Positions 48,633 to 61,221 of a DNA stretch of 64,000 bases are shown here, one piece after another. Source of the DNA: Macrostomum lignano (taxonomy: Eukaryota); the NCBI GenBank assembly GCA_002269645.1, contig NIVC01000389.1, positions 44,665-108,664 on the forward strand, in the 5' to 3' direction. The position numbers and the translations under genes were made by a program. The notes under the pieces were generated by a model, which was not told where the DNA came from, ran no database searches, and saw nothing but the letters and a program-made list of their open reading frames with translations. The first letter of the stretch is position 1. Each line of letters starts with the position of its first letter.

Positions 48633-51600
48633 ATGGCGGACGCAAAACCGGGTATCTATGCCAGCCTGCTCAAGCACCCCAACGTCTCCAAGCAGCTGAT
48701 TGACGGCTCCAAGTTCCTGCACTGGGACGATGTGAGAAGAAACTTGAACTTGCCTAGAATAGTACACTGCAGTTTGTATCCTTCGCCTCTTAGGAATGCA
48801 TAGTGAGATCTGTTTGATTGTGTAATCTCTGAGTACACAGTGATCAGTTTTATTGAGCTGTCCTGAGCACACAGTGATCAGTTTGATTGAGCAGTCCTGA
48901 GAACACAGTGATCAGTTTGATTGAGCAGTCCTGAGCACACAGTGATCAGTTTGATTGAGCAGTCCTGAGCACACAGTGAGGAGCATCAGCTTCCACTCCC
49001 CCGCTCACATCCGCAGGAGTCGCCGAGTCCGCAGGCTGTCACCCTGCGCGTGGATCCCAAAGGCCACCTGCTTCACTGGCGTGACGGCAGCGGGGTGAGC
49101 AGCCCCCGGAGGCCGGGGTGGGGGTTGGTGCTGATCGCCAATCAACTCCAAACTGCACAACAATGCTTTTTCTTTAGGACTTCTCCCACCCAGTCATTAA
49201 TCCACTCGCAGCAGCTCAGCTCTTCTCCTTTCATGCCTTCAACCCGGCCCTTTCTCCTACCACGCGGGCCTCCGGTCCTCCTTTTTTCTGCAGGCTTCAA
49301 CTTTTCCATTCTCAGCCTCCCTCAGCCGCTTCATCATCATCTCTCAGTCTGGTTGGTCGGGTAAAAAGAGAGCTCCAGTATCCTTTGTTGGCCAGCTGTA
49401 GTCCCGTCTCCCCCTCCCCTCTGCTGCGAGGGGGTCCGCGAATGCCACTTCCTTTCCTGTCGGGCCGGCTCGCGGAGGCCAGTGAGCGGAAATCCCAGTC
49501 ATTGTGGCCGGCGTAGCGGCACCCCAGCCGCCCCAGCCAAGTCAATGTTGTTCATAGCAAAAGTTCACGCATAGCGGGCTCAGAAGGTACAGAGAGAAAC
49601 TGATCTCTTCGTGCCCGCTAGATTCTGCTTTTGAGCGTCTGTTCTCGAGCGCAGAATTGGCAGCTCAAGTGCGAGACTGTCGTTTCCGTTGGCTGTGAGG
49701 GATCGGTAATGTCTGTCCATGGACTACTACTGGACTAGACCAGTCTAGCCTATAGCGGTCCTTGATAAGAGTTACTTGTGAAATCACCTGGGTTCATGAG
49801 GCTCGAGCTTAGTTGCGATGTAGTTCTTTTACCTCACAGTACCCGCTACCCACCCCCTACAGTACCCGCTACCCACCCCCTACAGTACCCACTACCCACT
49901 TCCTACAGTACCCGCTACCCACCCCCTACAGTACCCGCTACCCACCCCTTACAGTACCCGCTCCCTACCCCCTACAGTACCCACTACCCACTCCCTACAG
50001 TACCCACTACCCACCCCCTACAGTACCCGCTCCCCACCCCCTACAGTACCCGCTACCCACCCCCTACAGTACCCGCTCCCCACCCCCTACAGTACCCGCT
50101 ACCCACCCCCTACAGTACCCACTACCCACCCCCTACAGTACCCGCTCCACACCCCCTACAGTACCCGCTCCCCATCCTTTAGTGGCCTTCCCATCCCCTG
50201 CAGCTTGTAAATAAGCAACAGGGTCACAATAAGCTACGAGCGTACTAACAAAATTTTCAGTACATCGATTCGCTGGAGATTTCCAACATCCGGGACACTC
50301 GCACAGGCAGAAGCGCCCGCGTCCCGAAGGTTAGCGGATCTCTAACAACTGTGTTCTACCGCAGCTGCGGCTACAAGACCTAATCCTGACCCAAAAAATT
50401 TTCTGTTGCAGGACACCAAGATGAAGGAGTCCTGCGCCCTGTTCGGCTCCTCGGAAGCCTTGGTCGAGGACCGCACAGTGTCGGTGATCTTCGGTCAAGA
50501 TCTGGTGAACATCCAGTGGCAGAACTTCGTTGCCACCAGTAAACCAATTGCTCAGGTAATAAAGCTTAGATGAGTCTCAGTGTCTGCTCATTAACCATTC
50601 AGACAGTCAGGGGTCGCATGAAATATTCACAATTTAATCAAGGTGCCAAGATGATTCCTAATCAGACACTCAATCGAAGCTTATCCGTTGGGGACCTTTC
50701 TTTATTGGCAAAAATGTACTCAGTTAGAAAATTATCCAGCCAACTCGCGACTCGAATGAGATGATGTCGTTCTCAAATTACCGAGCATACTGAGAGCTAG
50801 TCAAACATTATACTCGTAGACTCCGCCCAACGTTGATCCTTCGAAATTGTATCATGGACCAGCGCTGACTCCTCCTCCCGGTGAGGCCCTCCCGATCTGT
50901 GTCTCTCAAATCAGGGCTGGGCGAGTGTTGGTTCATTCACTTCCGAGTATCGAGTAACGAGCAGTCTAACCCAGGGATGACCGAGTACTCACCGAGCCCC
51001 GTTATATAATTTATATCGTACAGATGCAATACTGCTTGAATTATGAGCAAAATAAAAAAACGTACTGAGCTGTCCAGCTTCTTATTATTATTTTATTATA
51101 ATTCGTCTAATATTCGCCAAGACCTGCTCTCGATCCCATCGACCGTCCCGCCCCTCGCGCAGGAGTGGTGCAGCCAGCTCTTCACCCTGGCCACGAATTC
51201 GTTTGTGAACAATCCGAGCTTCTACGACTTGTTGGAGAGGACCTGGACTAAACTCAGCGTTACTAGAGACACTGAAGGGTTCATATCGTTGAAGAAGTGA
51301 GCTATGCTCCCGCTGAGAATACGAATACCCCACTGCTTACGCTCTATACTCGTATTTATTTGCCTGCTAAATAGGGCTTTTGTTGACAGATTAGTGAGTT
51401 AAAGTATTGATTGTTTGGTGAGTTGGGTTATTCATTGGCTAGTGAGTTTTGACATTGATTTATTGGTGAGTTGGGATATTGATTGGTTAGTGTATTGATT
51501 GAGATGAGTTAAGCCTATGCATGTAGACGCAATCATGACTCTCTGATGACTCACTATTGTCACTAATAACCTTCAAATGACCCTGCAGCTTCTACAAGCC

Positions 51601-53809
51601 CTTTGCCAGTCACAGGGACGACAAAAAGCGGATTGACATGGCACTTTCCAACTGCGGCTTGCTGTCAAAAAAGGTAAGCGACGAATTTTGTATTACATCG
51701 ACCTACTAAATATTATTGGCTGTTAAACTGGGAACGGGCAGACAATTTAGAGGAAATTTTCAAATCAAAATTATTTATCGCTATAGTTTATTCAGATTTT
51801 CAGCGCCTAAGGGTTTTTTCGAGGTACAAAAACGCAAGTATGCTCAGCGTCTGAGTCCGGATCACTTCACTGCCTGGAAGGACAGATGTGGCTCTATATT
51901 CGCCTCGTTCTCTGCTTTGGAATGAAACTTCCATATTTAGTATATGTAGACTAGCGCACTCAGCCCCCTATGAGGGCCTAGAATGAAGCCTAAAGTAGTA
52001 ACATTACAGAATTTCGCCACTGTGTAAACAAACCAACCACTAGAAGAAGTCCTTGTGCGTTAATTGATGTGTCAGTCTGTGCGTAAATTTGTAGAAGTAT
52101 TCAAAATTACACTACGACACTAAGGCAGGTCCTGAGACAGACAGGAACTTGAAACATTCTAATAAGACAGACATCCAGATGGAAGCTGAAAGACGCTAAG
52201 ACGAGAGACACAAGACAGATTGAAGAGCAGACACGTCCGGTTTGGAGCTGGGGGTGCACATGTTTGTCGATGAGAAGGCCCCTGAATACCCTATTGGAGT
52301 GTTTGCCCGCGTACCAAGGATCAGCGGAATGAGCATGGCTGGCTTCGAGTCAACTGTCGCCTTGTTTTTCGGCACTGTTCAAGGCCTTCCCTCGAACTGA
52401 CTATTTACGTGTTACAATAGACACTATTATGTTAAAAATACTAAATCGCACTAAGAAAGATGCAAAAGCAACCCAGAGTCTCTTACTTCGAGCCCGTGTA
52501 TATGATAATATGCTGGCTGCCTTTCTTAGAATTGGAATCCTCGTCAAAGCCGTTTCAGACCCAATCACGCCAATCACTCGCCGACCCTCCCGCTCGATCC
52601 CGGCAGAAGGATGCGGTGGATTCCAAACTGTTCGACATGCGCGCCTTCTTGAAGTTCTACGCCTGTTTAGCGCCGCGAGGTGACATTGACCAGATCTGCC
52701 AGGAGCTGTGAGCGATTTTTTTAACTACAGAAATCTTTCGTCTAGAAACAGTGCAGGTTCAATAGTCAGTTTCTACTGCTCAAATGTTTATGACCGAGAG
52801 ATCGAGCGGCATTTTCATCTCGATAAATTTCTCGACACATTCAGTAACTCTGGCTAATACACGAGCCGTTTAAGCATGCTTTTAGCGTTTCGGCTGAATC
52901 GTGTTGCAATAGGCTTTCACACCCCATAGACATGCGCGCTGTGCATATATAAATAGAAATATAGAAATGGATACCAATTTTTTGCGTCGCATAATACCGC
53001 AGAAAACATGCAAACTTTTACTAGTAGCAATCTTGCTCCCGCTAGCTGTGTCACTCAGACAGTGATAAAGAGAGAGCTGGCTAGAATTTAGGATGTGTTT
53101 CCCCAGTTCAGACTCTTCAAGCTGCCGCGTCACTTATCCACAATCCGCAGCCTCCACCCGCCTCTCTCCCCCTCCCTCATCTCCGGCTCTCCTTCCATCT
53201 GTTGAGCGTCTCACGAGAAAATGCCTCCTCAAAACTCGCTGCTCACAAAGGCATTCAGGGCAGCAGTTCTTGTACAGCCCGTCTGTCTGTCTTGCCTCAT
53301 TTCTCTACACTGCTCTGCTCAATGCCTAGATGGCAACAGATCTGCAATACAATAATGGATGGGACGACAGATTAGAAGGAAAATCGTGAACAGACTGTGC
53401 GACGGCAAAGTTGTGCAATGTACGGAACGGTGTTGAGATGTTTTTTGAGGTTTGTACTTTATCTGAAGAATGCAATGATGAAGATTTGGTATCATTCTGG
53501 CAGGAGGAGAATGGAGGGCCTGAGGGTACAATGGAGGGCAGATATATGGATGATTGACCCGCAATAACCTGAGATCAAAGTGCTCAAAGCCCCGGTAAAC
53601 TGACAAATTAGCCAACCCCTCCTTGTCCAGGAACCCGAGCTGCGCGTCGGACTCCAGGGCCTACATCAACATCGACCAGTTCATCCGACTGCTAAACGAA
53701 AAGCAACGAGACCCCAGGCTGAACGAGATTCTGTATCCCTACGCGAACGAGGCCAAGGCCAGGGAGCTCATTCAGAAGTTCGAGCCGGACAAGACGCTGA
53801 TTAACAAAG
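48633..53809 (+). CDS. PLCB: Phospholipase C-beta, N-terminal PH and EF-hand exons 48633-48731, 49017-49094, 50261-50329, 50412-50555, 51163-51296, 51589-51673, 52607-52707, 53631-53809; remainder beyond window
   Basis: MADAKPGIYASLLKHPNVSKQLIDGSKFLHWDD|..LRVDPKG..|..IRDTRTG...PK|D...|EWC...LATN...|...|...LAPRGDIDQI|...LLNEKQRDPRLNEILYPY. All junctions are GT-AG with matching phases. Exon layout resembles vertebrate PLCB1-4. Confidence 0.95.
48820..48980. repeat. 34-bp tandem repeat in PLC-beta intron 1
   Basis: CAGTGATCAGTTTGATTGAGCAGTCCTGAGCACA, about 4 copies. Confidence 0.88.
49840..50175. repeat. 23-bp C-rich minisatellite in PLC-beta intron 2 (G-run rich on the - strand)
   Basis: TACAGTACCCGCTACCCACCCCC, about 14 copies. 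Confidence 0.92.
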
Positions 53810-53999
53810 GTAAAAATAAAAACAGGGCGTTTGATTTCGGGAAGCAACTGGAAATGCTAAGACAGACGAGACGGCGGCATGGTTGGTGGCTTCTGAGCTT
53901 TGTGACAAATCAGGATCACAGTTAAGACACAGGGCGTACAGCGGCCCTGACTTTCTAATCGTCCGGAATGTCCACTCTCTGCGCATTGGGGGCTGGCTG

Positions 54000-54457
54000 G
54001 CAGACAGACAGACAGACAGGCACACAGACAGGAACACATACAGGCGCACAGACAGACAAACAGACAGGCACACAGACAGGCACACAGACAGACAAACAGA
54101 CAGGCACACAGACAGGCACACAGACAGACAGACAGACAGACACTCAGACAGACACTAAGACAGACACTCAGACAGACACTCAGACAGACACTCAGACAGA
54201 CACTCAGACAGACACTCAGACAGACACTCAGACAGACACTCAGACAGACACTCAGACAGACATTCAGACAGACATTCAGACAGACACTCAGACAGACATT
54301 CAGACAGACACTAAGACAGACACTCAGACAGACACTCAGACAGACACTCTGACAGACACTCAGACAGACACTCAGACAGACACTCAGACAGACACACAGA
54401 CAGACAGACAGACAGACACTCAGACAGACACTCAGACAGTCACTCAGACAGACATTC

Positions 54458-54530
<73 letters not shown>

Positions 54531-55530
54531 CTCTGACAGACACTCAGACAGACATTCAGACAGACATTCAGACAGACACTCAGACAGACACTCAGACAGA
54601 CACTCAGACAGACACACAGACAGACACTCAGACACACACTAAGACAGACACTCAGACAGACACTCAGACAGACACTCAGACAGACACTCAGACAGACACT
54701 CAGACAGACACTCAGACAGACACTCAGACAGACATTCAGACAGACACTCAGACAGACGTTCAGACAGACACTCAGACAGACACTCAGACAGACACTCAGA
54801 CACCCAGACAGACACCCAGACAGACACCCAGACAGACACTCAGACAGACACTCAGACAGACACTCAGGCAGACACTCAGACAGACACCCAGACAGACACT
54901 CAGACAGACACTCAGACAGACAGTCAGACACCCAGACAGACACTCAGACAGACACTAAGACAGGCTCACAGACAGACACTCAGACAGACACTCAGACAGA
55001 CCCTCAGACAGACACTCAGACAGACACACAGACAGACACTCAGACACACACTAAGACAGACACTCAGACAGACACTCAGACAGACACTCAGACAGACACT
55101 CAGACAGACACTCAGGCAGACACTCAGACAGACGTTCAGACAGACACTCAGACAGACACTCAGACACACACTAAGACAGACACTCAGACAGACACTCAGA
55201 CAGACACTCAGACAGACACTCAGACAGACACTCAGACAGACACTCAGACAGACACTCAGACAGACACACACACACTAAGACAGACACTCAGACAGACACT
55301 CAGACAGACACTCAGACAGACACTCAGACAGACACTCAGACAGACACTCAGACAGACACACAGACAGACACTCAGACACACACTAAGACAGACACTCAGA
55401 CAGACACTCAGACAGACACTCAGACAGACACTCAGACAGACACTCAGACAGACACTCAGACAGACACTCAGACAGACACACAGACACTCAGACAGACACT
55501 CAGACAGACACTCAGACAGACACCCAGACA
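54000..55530. repeat. (CAGA)n-derived 12-bp array in PLC-beta intron 8
   Basis: CAGACAGACACT, about 120 copies, mixed with pure CAGA runs. Confidence 0.96.
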
Positions 55531-56239
55531 GAGCCAGCGTATGCCTGCCAGATAAAATCTGAGCCAGCCAATCCCCCAGGGGCTCTTGAAACCAAGGAAG
55601 ACAGGAGAAAGGGTAAAATGGGGAGATGGCCGGCAGAGAAAAGAAGAGAAAGGCTTCTTAAATCCCCGGCTTCCCCTTTCTCTCCCCAGTCCATCTCATC
55701 GATTCCAGACCTAAGCTAGTCGTCATCTTTGGTGTGTGAGCACGTACTCAACACTGTTTGAACAGGGACCTTTCCTGAGCTCCTTCCCAATTCGCACCGT
55801 TCCCCTCCTCCGCAAGTCCGTCTCGTTTTCCCCTCCCGGATCCTCAATGTCGGGAGCGCGTTTCTCCCCCACCCAGCCACAGCTCATTTTCCTACTTATA
55901 TTTCTTTTCCCTGGGCAATGGCTGGGTGGCAAGTCGCGGGCCGCTGAGCAAAAAGAGATGAAAAAACGAGGGCCGGCATCTCGGAACCCCCCCCCCCGTT
56001 CTCCAGCGGTTTTCGAGTGATTTCGCGACGTGTTTTTTATATTTGAAAATAATATATGAATCCGCTAACACGGAATGGCGACTGGCTTCTGACTGGCTGG
56101 TTTTTGTGGGAATTGGAGTGATGCAGTAAGTGTGCTTGCGGTATTGTTGAGCAGGAAACCTGAACGGGCTTTAATTTTGTATAGGTTTTTTGAAGGTAAA
56201 CTGCTTTATTTCAATGAATTTCGATGATTTGATAGTATT

Positions 56240-56465
56240 TCAAGATAATCTCACTGGATTTCAATCTAATCTCGCCAAGTCTCAATCTAATCTCACTGAA
56301 TTTTATCTAATCTCACTGGAATTCAATCAAATCTCACTGGATTTTATTCCGATTTCCCTATATTTACATCTAAACTCGTTGGATTTCAATCTAATCTCAT
56401 TGGATTTCAACCAATCTCATTAGTTTTCAATTTAATCTCATTAGATTTGAATCTATACTCACTAG
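56240..56465. repeat. Degenerate ~21-bp repeat abutting the LTR
   Basis: Recurrent AATCTAATCTCACTGG(A)TT. Confidence 0.75.
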
Positions 56466-56481
56466 ATGTTAATCTAATTGA

Positions 56482-58691
56482 TGTAACCGCCCTTGTCGCC
56501 TGTCCGCTCCGTAGAGAGACGAACGCATGGCTAGAGGGGGCAATGACCGTAGGCTGCCTAGGACCGGGCAATGACCTGACGGACCTCCAGCACCAGACTG
56601 TCCCGCCCACATGATTAGTAGCTTTGGTAGCGCTTCGTGACCAGAGGGCCAAGGACCCACATGGACCCCACCTGTAGCCAAGGTGCAATAGTTGGTCACT
56701 CGGTCATGGTATGACCGAGTGGCTGCCACCACTCTATGTGACCTGGCGCACCTGGATCTTTCTACCAGACCTCTCGAGGCTAGAGCCCCGCCTGGATTGG
56801 TTACCAGGGGATTTAGGCTAACAGGGGAGACGCATGCAGCCGAGTACAGGGACTCTGCTTGGGGCATGATCGGGAACTCTGGGCTCAATCCTGGAGGATT
56901 TCTCAGCAGGGGATCCTTTGTGGCTGTGAGCGAGGCTGACTTGCGACTTTGATTACTAAGAGTAGTATGAGGCGAACATGTACTATCTACAGTTTAGATT
57001 GCTCAGGGCGAAGGGACGCGTTAGCATGGGGTTGCAACCTTCCTACTGCCATTCTGTGCCAAGACTCGCTAATCCCTCTACTGCACGCACACGCGGCCCC
57101 GCAGCACGCACTCACAGGCGGGCTGTGCACGGGGAGAGGCCATTAGCTTACCCAAACTTCCTTATGCTTTGCCACCCCGGGGAAAGGCTTAGCAAGCCAT
57201 GAGTGAAATGATGGTGAAAGATTGAATAATGATGAAGTTAGTTAATAGTTAATAATTAGGCCCTTAGGCAAATAAGCAGGCAATTAGGCGGCTTCACTAT
57301 TGAGTAAAATACAGCAAAAGATACGGTATCACAATTGGCTCAGCTCTCTAATCAGACAATGGAAAATAGGCAAACCCCGGATAAGCAAAGGCAATTAGAG
57401 CACAAATTAGTAGCAGGAACTTACCGGCAGCTGCACAGAGAGAGAGAGAGGCGGAGTGACCGAGGGCGGCTGTAGGCTGCAGTCAGGCAGACGGTGAAGC
57501 GGCGATGCGCTGGAGCGACGAGGCGCTGATGTAGATCAGGCGATGCTGATGATGCTGGGCGGTATCAGACCGCTGGCCGATAGGCGAGCTCACTTGGGGA
57601 GCTAAGGATAACTTGGCGGTAACAGACCGCGGACCGGCAGGGATTCGTCTTATAGACGAATGGGTCAGAACTCAATCTGACAGCAAGTCCAAAGAAGGAC
57701 GAGGAGAGGAACAGAGATAAACTCAGTTGAGTATTCTCATGCCGAAATCGCTTCCTTTTATAGACCTCACAGCCGCCTCCTCAAGGTCGTTACCATGGCT
57801 CCCTCTCTCTGATTGGCTGCCGGCAGAATGACGTCAGAATGAGTCATGATGAGAAGCATGAGACCGGCATAGCAACATGAGAAATCGGGAAATTGCGCAA
57901 TCCGGAGGTGGGGTGGGGGGATAATTGGCGCAGCGGGTGGTCGCGAAAGTGTTGCGCAAGCAAACATTGAGAACAATAGGGCTGGGGTCGAGAACAAAGG
58001 AATTGGAAATCGGGGATAATTGGGGAAAACTGAGAACAATGGAAAAGTAAACATTGGAGAAAAGGTGATAATTAGGTGCGAAAACGAGAACAAAAGAAAG
58101 AGAAAATCGGAGAAAATGTGATAATTGGTGGGGGTCGAGAGAACAAAAGAAGCAAAAACGAGAACAATAGAAGCGGAGGTGGGGTGGGTGTCACATGAGA
58201 AATTTGGGAAGGAGAACAATAGCGTGAGAAAAGGTTGCGCAAGAGAGGGGGATGAGTCATCGATGAGTCACCGAGGGGGAGAAGGGGTCACACGACTTGC
58301 GTCACCGTTTGGGAGTTTGAGAGGGGATGGGGAGACGGTGAGCACACAAAGTACTGTAAGTAGACACAGGGAAAGAGGGGACAGCGCAGGAAAAGAGTGC
58401 AGAGGGAGACAAAAAAAGGAGGAAGTAGAGAAAGTACAGGAAGAATAGGGCGGGAACAGAAGAGATAGGGTAGAGGGGGAGGTACAGAAAGGGGTAGGGG
58501 CTCCGGAAAGGCAGGTGTGGCGGCAGGAGAGACGGGACCAAGGCAGCAGGAGGGGTGCAGCAGAGCGGGAGTCTCCAGGCCCGGTCGGAGACCTGGCCGA
58601 GTCTCGACAGCTCTGTGCAGAGGGTGCACGGGATAGGAGGCACTTTCGAAAAAGTTCCCATGCCCTATCCCGCGACCAGAGCGTGGTTACA
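56482..58691 (-). mobile_element. 3' LTR (2210 bp) of a Ty3/Gypsy-type retroelement, antisense to PLC-beta
   Basis: Ends TGTAACC...GGTTACA (7-bp inverted termini). On the - strand it is immediately preceded by the purine-rich PPT AAAAGGCAGTGGGGGTGTGA (58692-58711). Internal promoter cluster and TATA are on the - strand. Confidence 0.72.
57755..57846 (-). promoter_or_regulatory. LTR U3 promoter cluster: AP-1, CRE, CCAAT, TATA
   Basis: TGAGTCA 57840-57846, TGACGTCA 57829-57836, CCAAT (ATTGG on +) 57812-57816, TATAAAAG (on -) 57762-57755. Order is correct for - strand transcription. Confidence 0.65.
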
Positions 58692-59297
58692 TCACACCCC
58701 CACTGCCTTTTGTGACGGAACTGGTTCCGTCATCATCACTGCCCAACATGGAACCACACAGACGGGAGCGGGATCTCAACCGAACGTGAAATCACAGAAT
58801 TAACAAACCGCGAGCGGGAATGGAAAAAGGCGATAAAATAGAGGGATAGCAATAAATTCACAAAACGAGATACATAGGTTGGAGTGCAATACAGAATTTC
58901 AAAAATTTCAACTGTTGCTGTGGCTAAAGTGGGAGGGGGGAAACACAGACAGCGCAATAGTAGGGAGAAAAATAGCGAATTGTCAACAATAAATTATCAT
59001 AATTGGATAGAAGCGCAGCTGGGAAAGAGAGGAAACGGGGAAGGGTGAGGGAAGTGGGGAAAAAGAAGGGGGGAAGGGTTGCTAGCACACAGCCAAGGGC
59101 AGAGCCTCGGGAGAATGACGATTACACAGGGGAAAAATACTAATGCAGCGCAGTAAATTAATAAGCTAATTTCGCCGGGAGTTCAACCGCACGGAGGCCT
59201 AGCGTCCTTGAAGGCTCGGACCCCGCTTCAGCCAGTCAGAGGGCTTCGGGGCGATCGGTTGTAGGCTGGGAGGCGCCGCGCCGTGCGCTGGCCACTG

Positions 59298-59410
59298 TAT
59301 AAAAGGCGCCACTGATAACGGGAGCCGGCTGCCTGCAACCTACACGGAGTCGCAGTTTCCAACCAAGGCACTCAGCGCGATTTTCCAAACTATACAACTA
59401 CTCGGTAAGT
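59298..59410 (+). promoter_or_regulatory. Candidate internal antisense promoter and first exon of the retroelement
   Basis: TATAAAAG at 59298-59305 after a GC-rich stretch; consensus donor G|GTAAGT at 59405. Confidence 0.4.
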
Positions 59411-59751
59411 CCCATCACCAACCTGATTTCCTTTCGCCTATACGTTAAACGAAATCTACCCACTCGCCATGCCTTTCGTTTTAAACTGAGCCAATTGCAG
59501 TAATAATATATGGCCTTTCTTACGGTAAAAGTAGTGAGCAGCCACACAGAGCCATTTTTAGGAATTTTTAGAATAATGACACAACAATGACTCGTATATT
59601 GGTTATTAAAGTTTAAAAATGAATATTATGGAAGAACCGAATATTAATAGGATAATTTCACACACACACACACGACAAACACACAACGCAAGGGGGCGGA
59701 AAGGCGGGTCGGACCGGCCGGCGGACGTCGCTCAGCAGGCAGTCAGCATCC

Positions 59752-61221
59752 TTACTCGAAATGGGCCTCTTGATTTAGCTGGTACGGGCCATATGCCGCC
59801 ACCTGAGCCATGGCACTTGCCCATGCTTCCACATAACGTTGGGCTGCCGCGGCCGTGAGCACCACTCGGTGCCATCGGCTAGGCAAGATGTCGTTGCGCA
59901 GCACGCCCCTCAACTGCGGCAGAGTCGGGATGCCCAGGGCTTGGCATTGGACGACGAAGGCCGCATTCCGTACTTGTTGCAGCCGTGTCAGAGTTGGTGC
60001 AGACAGGGGCGGCTGCGCGATTGCAAAATGCTGCAAAGTGCCACGGGGCACCTCGGCCAGGCCCGCGTAGCCGGGCTCAACGTCGCCCAGGGCCGCCAAC
60101 ACCCACCCACAGCGGCGATTGAACCGTTGCGAGAGAGTGGCGGCCCAGGCCACTGTGGCAAACGGCGCATAGAGGAGGGGCGCAGAGGCCGGCGCGGAGG
60201 CCGCAAGAATGCCGTCGTGGATGACGAGAGCCTCTTCCCATTCGGCGCCCTCGCTCAGGAAGCCCCAGAGCAGCCCTGGCAGGTCCGCAGGAAGCATGCC
60301 CCAGCGGCTGGCCAAGCTGGCCAGGCCAATCAATAGCCGGGCTCTCTGGGTTGGCGTCAGTTGTCTAGTCATCTGAGAGGAGGCTGCGCAGCTGATGATC
60401 ACCTTCTTGTAGACCGGCCGATCGCAGGTGCTGAAGATTGCTGTGATGGGGGCACAGGACGGCGGCCGGGCTGTCAGGTGTGATGGTTCCTCATCCACAA
60501 CCTTGCGGAGGAACTTGGCGGCCTGCCGGACTAGGTCGCCGAGGGCGTATTTGTAGGCGCTCTGGGCCGCTGCCTCGATGTACATTAACAGCGTATTGTC
60601 AACCAATCCCAGCAGGGCCGCTTTTGACAGGATGAGCAGACAGGGCCGGTCCAGGTTGTCGCGAAGTTGGCGCTCTAGAGTCGCATGCCTGTCCTCGGCC
60701 TGGAGTGGGCCATGATAGGACTCAGGCCCGACCCAGTGCACCAGATCCATAGCTGTCGCCGAAGGTTCGCCAGCCACCTGACCCCAATCGACTTCTTCTC
60801 TTTGCAGGGCGATGTCCACACTTCGGCGGCTGTTGGGCAGAACATCACGCAGGCGGCGGCGCCGCCTCGCCGAATTCGGCCGCCATGTCCGAAATGTCCG
60901 CGGTGTCGCCCCCAGCATTGGCCGGGTCGATTGTCTCGTCACCTTCTTCGACCCTGGCGGAGGCCGCCGCTGGCGGCTCGGGGCCGTCCTCCGCCTCTTG
61001 GATGGCGTCACGGGGCCGCTTTCGGCTAACTGGGCTGGCAGGACGCTCAGACGGTAAGCTGGAGCATAGCTGAATTCGATTGATGGTAGGCTTCGTGTCC
61101 ATGTCAAGCTGGATAGTTCATAGAATGCTTCAGCGATTGAAGGACAGAATGATTTCTCTGATTGATGATTTCCAGCTCTGGCAGGCGTGGGTCTTCTTAT
61201 AGTGCCGGGGCTGGCTTCCAT
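59752..61221 (-). CDS. Orphan accessory ORF (up to 489 aa) inside the LTR element; true N-terminus may be the frameshifted 61102-60845 frame
   Basis: 1.47-kb open frame, non-repetitive, globular-looking C-terminal ~370 aa. No RT, RNase H, integrase or Env-like motifs recognised. An overlapping frame gives the acidic, NLS-bearing MDTK...RKRPR. Confidence 0.6.
   Translation of the reverse strand: MEASPGTIRRPTPARAGNHQSEKSFCPSIAEAFYELSSLTWTRSLPSIEFSYAPAYRLSVLPAQLAESGPVTPSKRRRTAPSRQRRPPPGSKKVTRQSTRPMLGATPRTFRTWRPNSARRRRRLRDVLPNSRRSVDIALQREEVDWGQVAGEPSATAMDLVHWVGPESYHGPLQAEDRHATLERQLRDNLDRPCLLILSKAALLGLVDNTLLMYIEAAAQSAYKYALGDLVRQAAKFLRKVVDEEPSHLTARPPSCAPITAIFSTCDRPVYKKVIISCAASSQMTRQLTPTQRARLLIGLASLASRWGMLPADLPGLLWGFLSEGAEWEEALVIHDGILAASAPASAPLLYAPFATVAWAATLSQRFNRRCGWVLAALGDVEPGYAGLAEVPRGTLQHFAIAQPPLSAPTLTRLQQVRNAAFVVQCQALGIPTLPQLRGVLRNDILPSRWHRVVLTAAAAQRYVEAWASAMAQVAAYGPYQLNQEAHFE

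Noticed and set aside
50913-51000. Possible small MITE (AGGGCTGGGCGAGT ... ACTCACCGAGCCCC)
   Set aside because: The inverted match is only ~11/14 and no TSD was found.
53801-55271. CLSV / QTDT ORFs
   Set aside because: (CAGA)n-derived microsatellite inside PLC-beta intron 8.
57772-57800. Alternative LTR boundary at 57771 with a PPT, or a PBS-like TGGCTCCC at ~57795
   Set aside because: It would leave the promoter cluster outside the LTR. The 58691 boundary gives a 7-bp terminal inverted repeat and a better PPT. The PBS match is only 8 nt and has the wrong orientation for gag.
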